Virus record (IMG/VR): IMGVR_UViG_3300037424_000696
Coordinates: 1 to 43,973 of that record
Source of the DNA: a virus
Taxonomy: Duplodnaviria; Caudoviricetes
Strand: one strand, 5' to 3'
Length of the DNA: 43,973 nucleotides
Below the pieces are notes generated by a model that made no database searches, was not told where the DNA came from, and worked only from the letters and a program-made list of their open reading frames with translations. Both the position numbers and the translations under genes were made by a program. Position 1 is the first letter of the stretch; each line of letters opens with the position of its first letter. Below, piece after piece: positions 43,713 to 43,973 of this stretch.

Positions 43713-43973
43713 ATGTCTTCGCGTGATACAATTTACGACAAATACCCCGGTAGCATGGACGAGGTCGAGACCGAGGCTGCTGACAAGAAGCTCTACGTCG
43801 AGTTCTTTTTGCACCCGATGGTCGATTACCTCCCGACGTTCGGAGGCGAGGTAATGAAGGACGACGAAGAGCGGGTGGAGGCCCTCAAGACTCTCGGGTG
43901 CGGGATGCGCTCGAAGCCCAAGGACCCCGAGGTGCTCATCGTGAGCAAGCTCGGGCGCCCCGTGTTCAAGGAG
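43713..43973 (+). CDS. 5' part of the ORF that continues at 1..580
   Basis: ATG 43713 with RBS GAGGAG; MSSRDTIYDKYPG...FGGEVMKDDEE is in frame with ORF 8..580. Confidence 0.8.
   Translation, partial: MSSRDTIYDKYPGSMDEVETEAADKKLYVEFFLHPMVDYLPTFGGEVMKDDEERVEALKTLGCGMRSKPKDPEVLIVSKLGRPVFKE
43847..43973. repeat. Terminal overlap, identical to 1..127
   Basis: Exact match to the window start. Confidence 0.95.

Noticed and set aside
43847-43973. 127-bp terminal direct repeat as a biological DTR
   Set aside because: The length equals a standard assembler k-mer and the repeat cuts through a coding sequence, so it shows circularity only.
1-43973. Stop-codon reassignment, introns or inteins
   Set aside because: Core genes (polymerase, terL, portal, MCP, primase) are intact and of normal length in code 11, and all three stops are used.

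Overview
This window is an apparently complete, circularly assembled, high-GC tailed phage genome of about 43,846 bp. Bases 1-127 are identical to 43847-43973, which is an assembly overlap. The gene set is podovirus-like: portal, scaffold, major capsid, decoration protein, head-tail adaptor, tail nozzle, GNAT protein, ejection proteins and a short tail fibre, with no tape measure or sheath recognised. There are two divergent arms. The minus-strand early/replication arm (25144->8711) encodes an NrS-1-like prim-pol/PriCT-2/AAA helicase, a DUF2800 nuclease, a DUF2815 SSB, a family A DNA polymerase, VRR-NUC, a nucleoside deoxyribosyltransferase, DUF5664, an SNF2 helicase, an RNase H-like exonuclease and many small Cys-rich ORFs. 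The plus-strand late arm runs 25503->43973/1->8714. An overlapping Rz/Rz1-like spanin pair points to a Gram-negative host. No integrase, repressor, tRNA, methyltransferase or CRISPR array was recognised. The most unusual features are: (i) a PelA/GH166-GH114-like glycoside hydrolase with a low-complexity leader in the ejection-protein slot; (ii) a ~7 kb fibre-like cassette between terS and terL, with duplicated N-terminal domains, ~20-aa beta-strand repeats and a small putative repeat-binding subunit; (iii) apparent genome-wide avoidance of GATC and several 6-bp palindromes; (iv) a Pro/Gly/Met-rich protein and a shared ALRRR-like tail on small late proteins; (v) a lipoprotein HExxH protease inside a split lysis module. 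All family assignments come from motif recognition by eye, not database searches.
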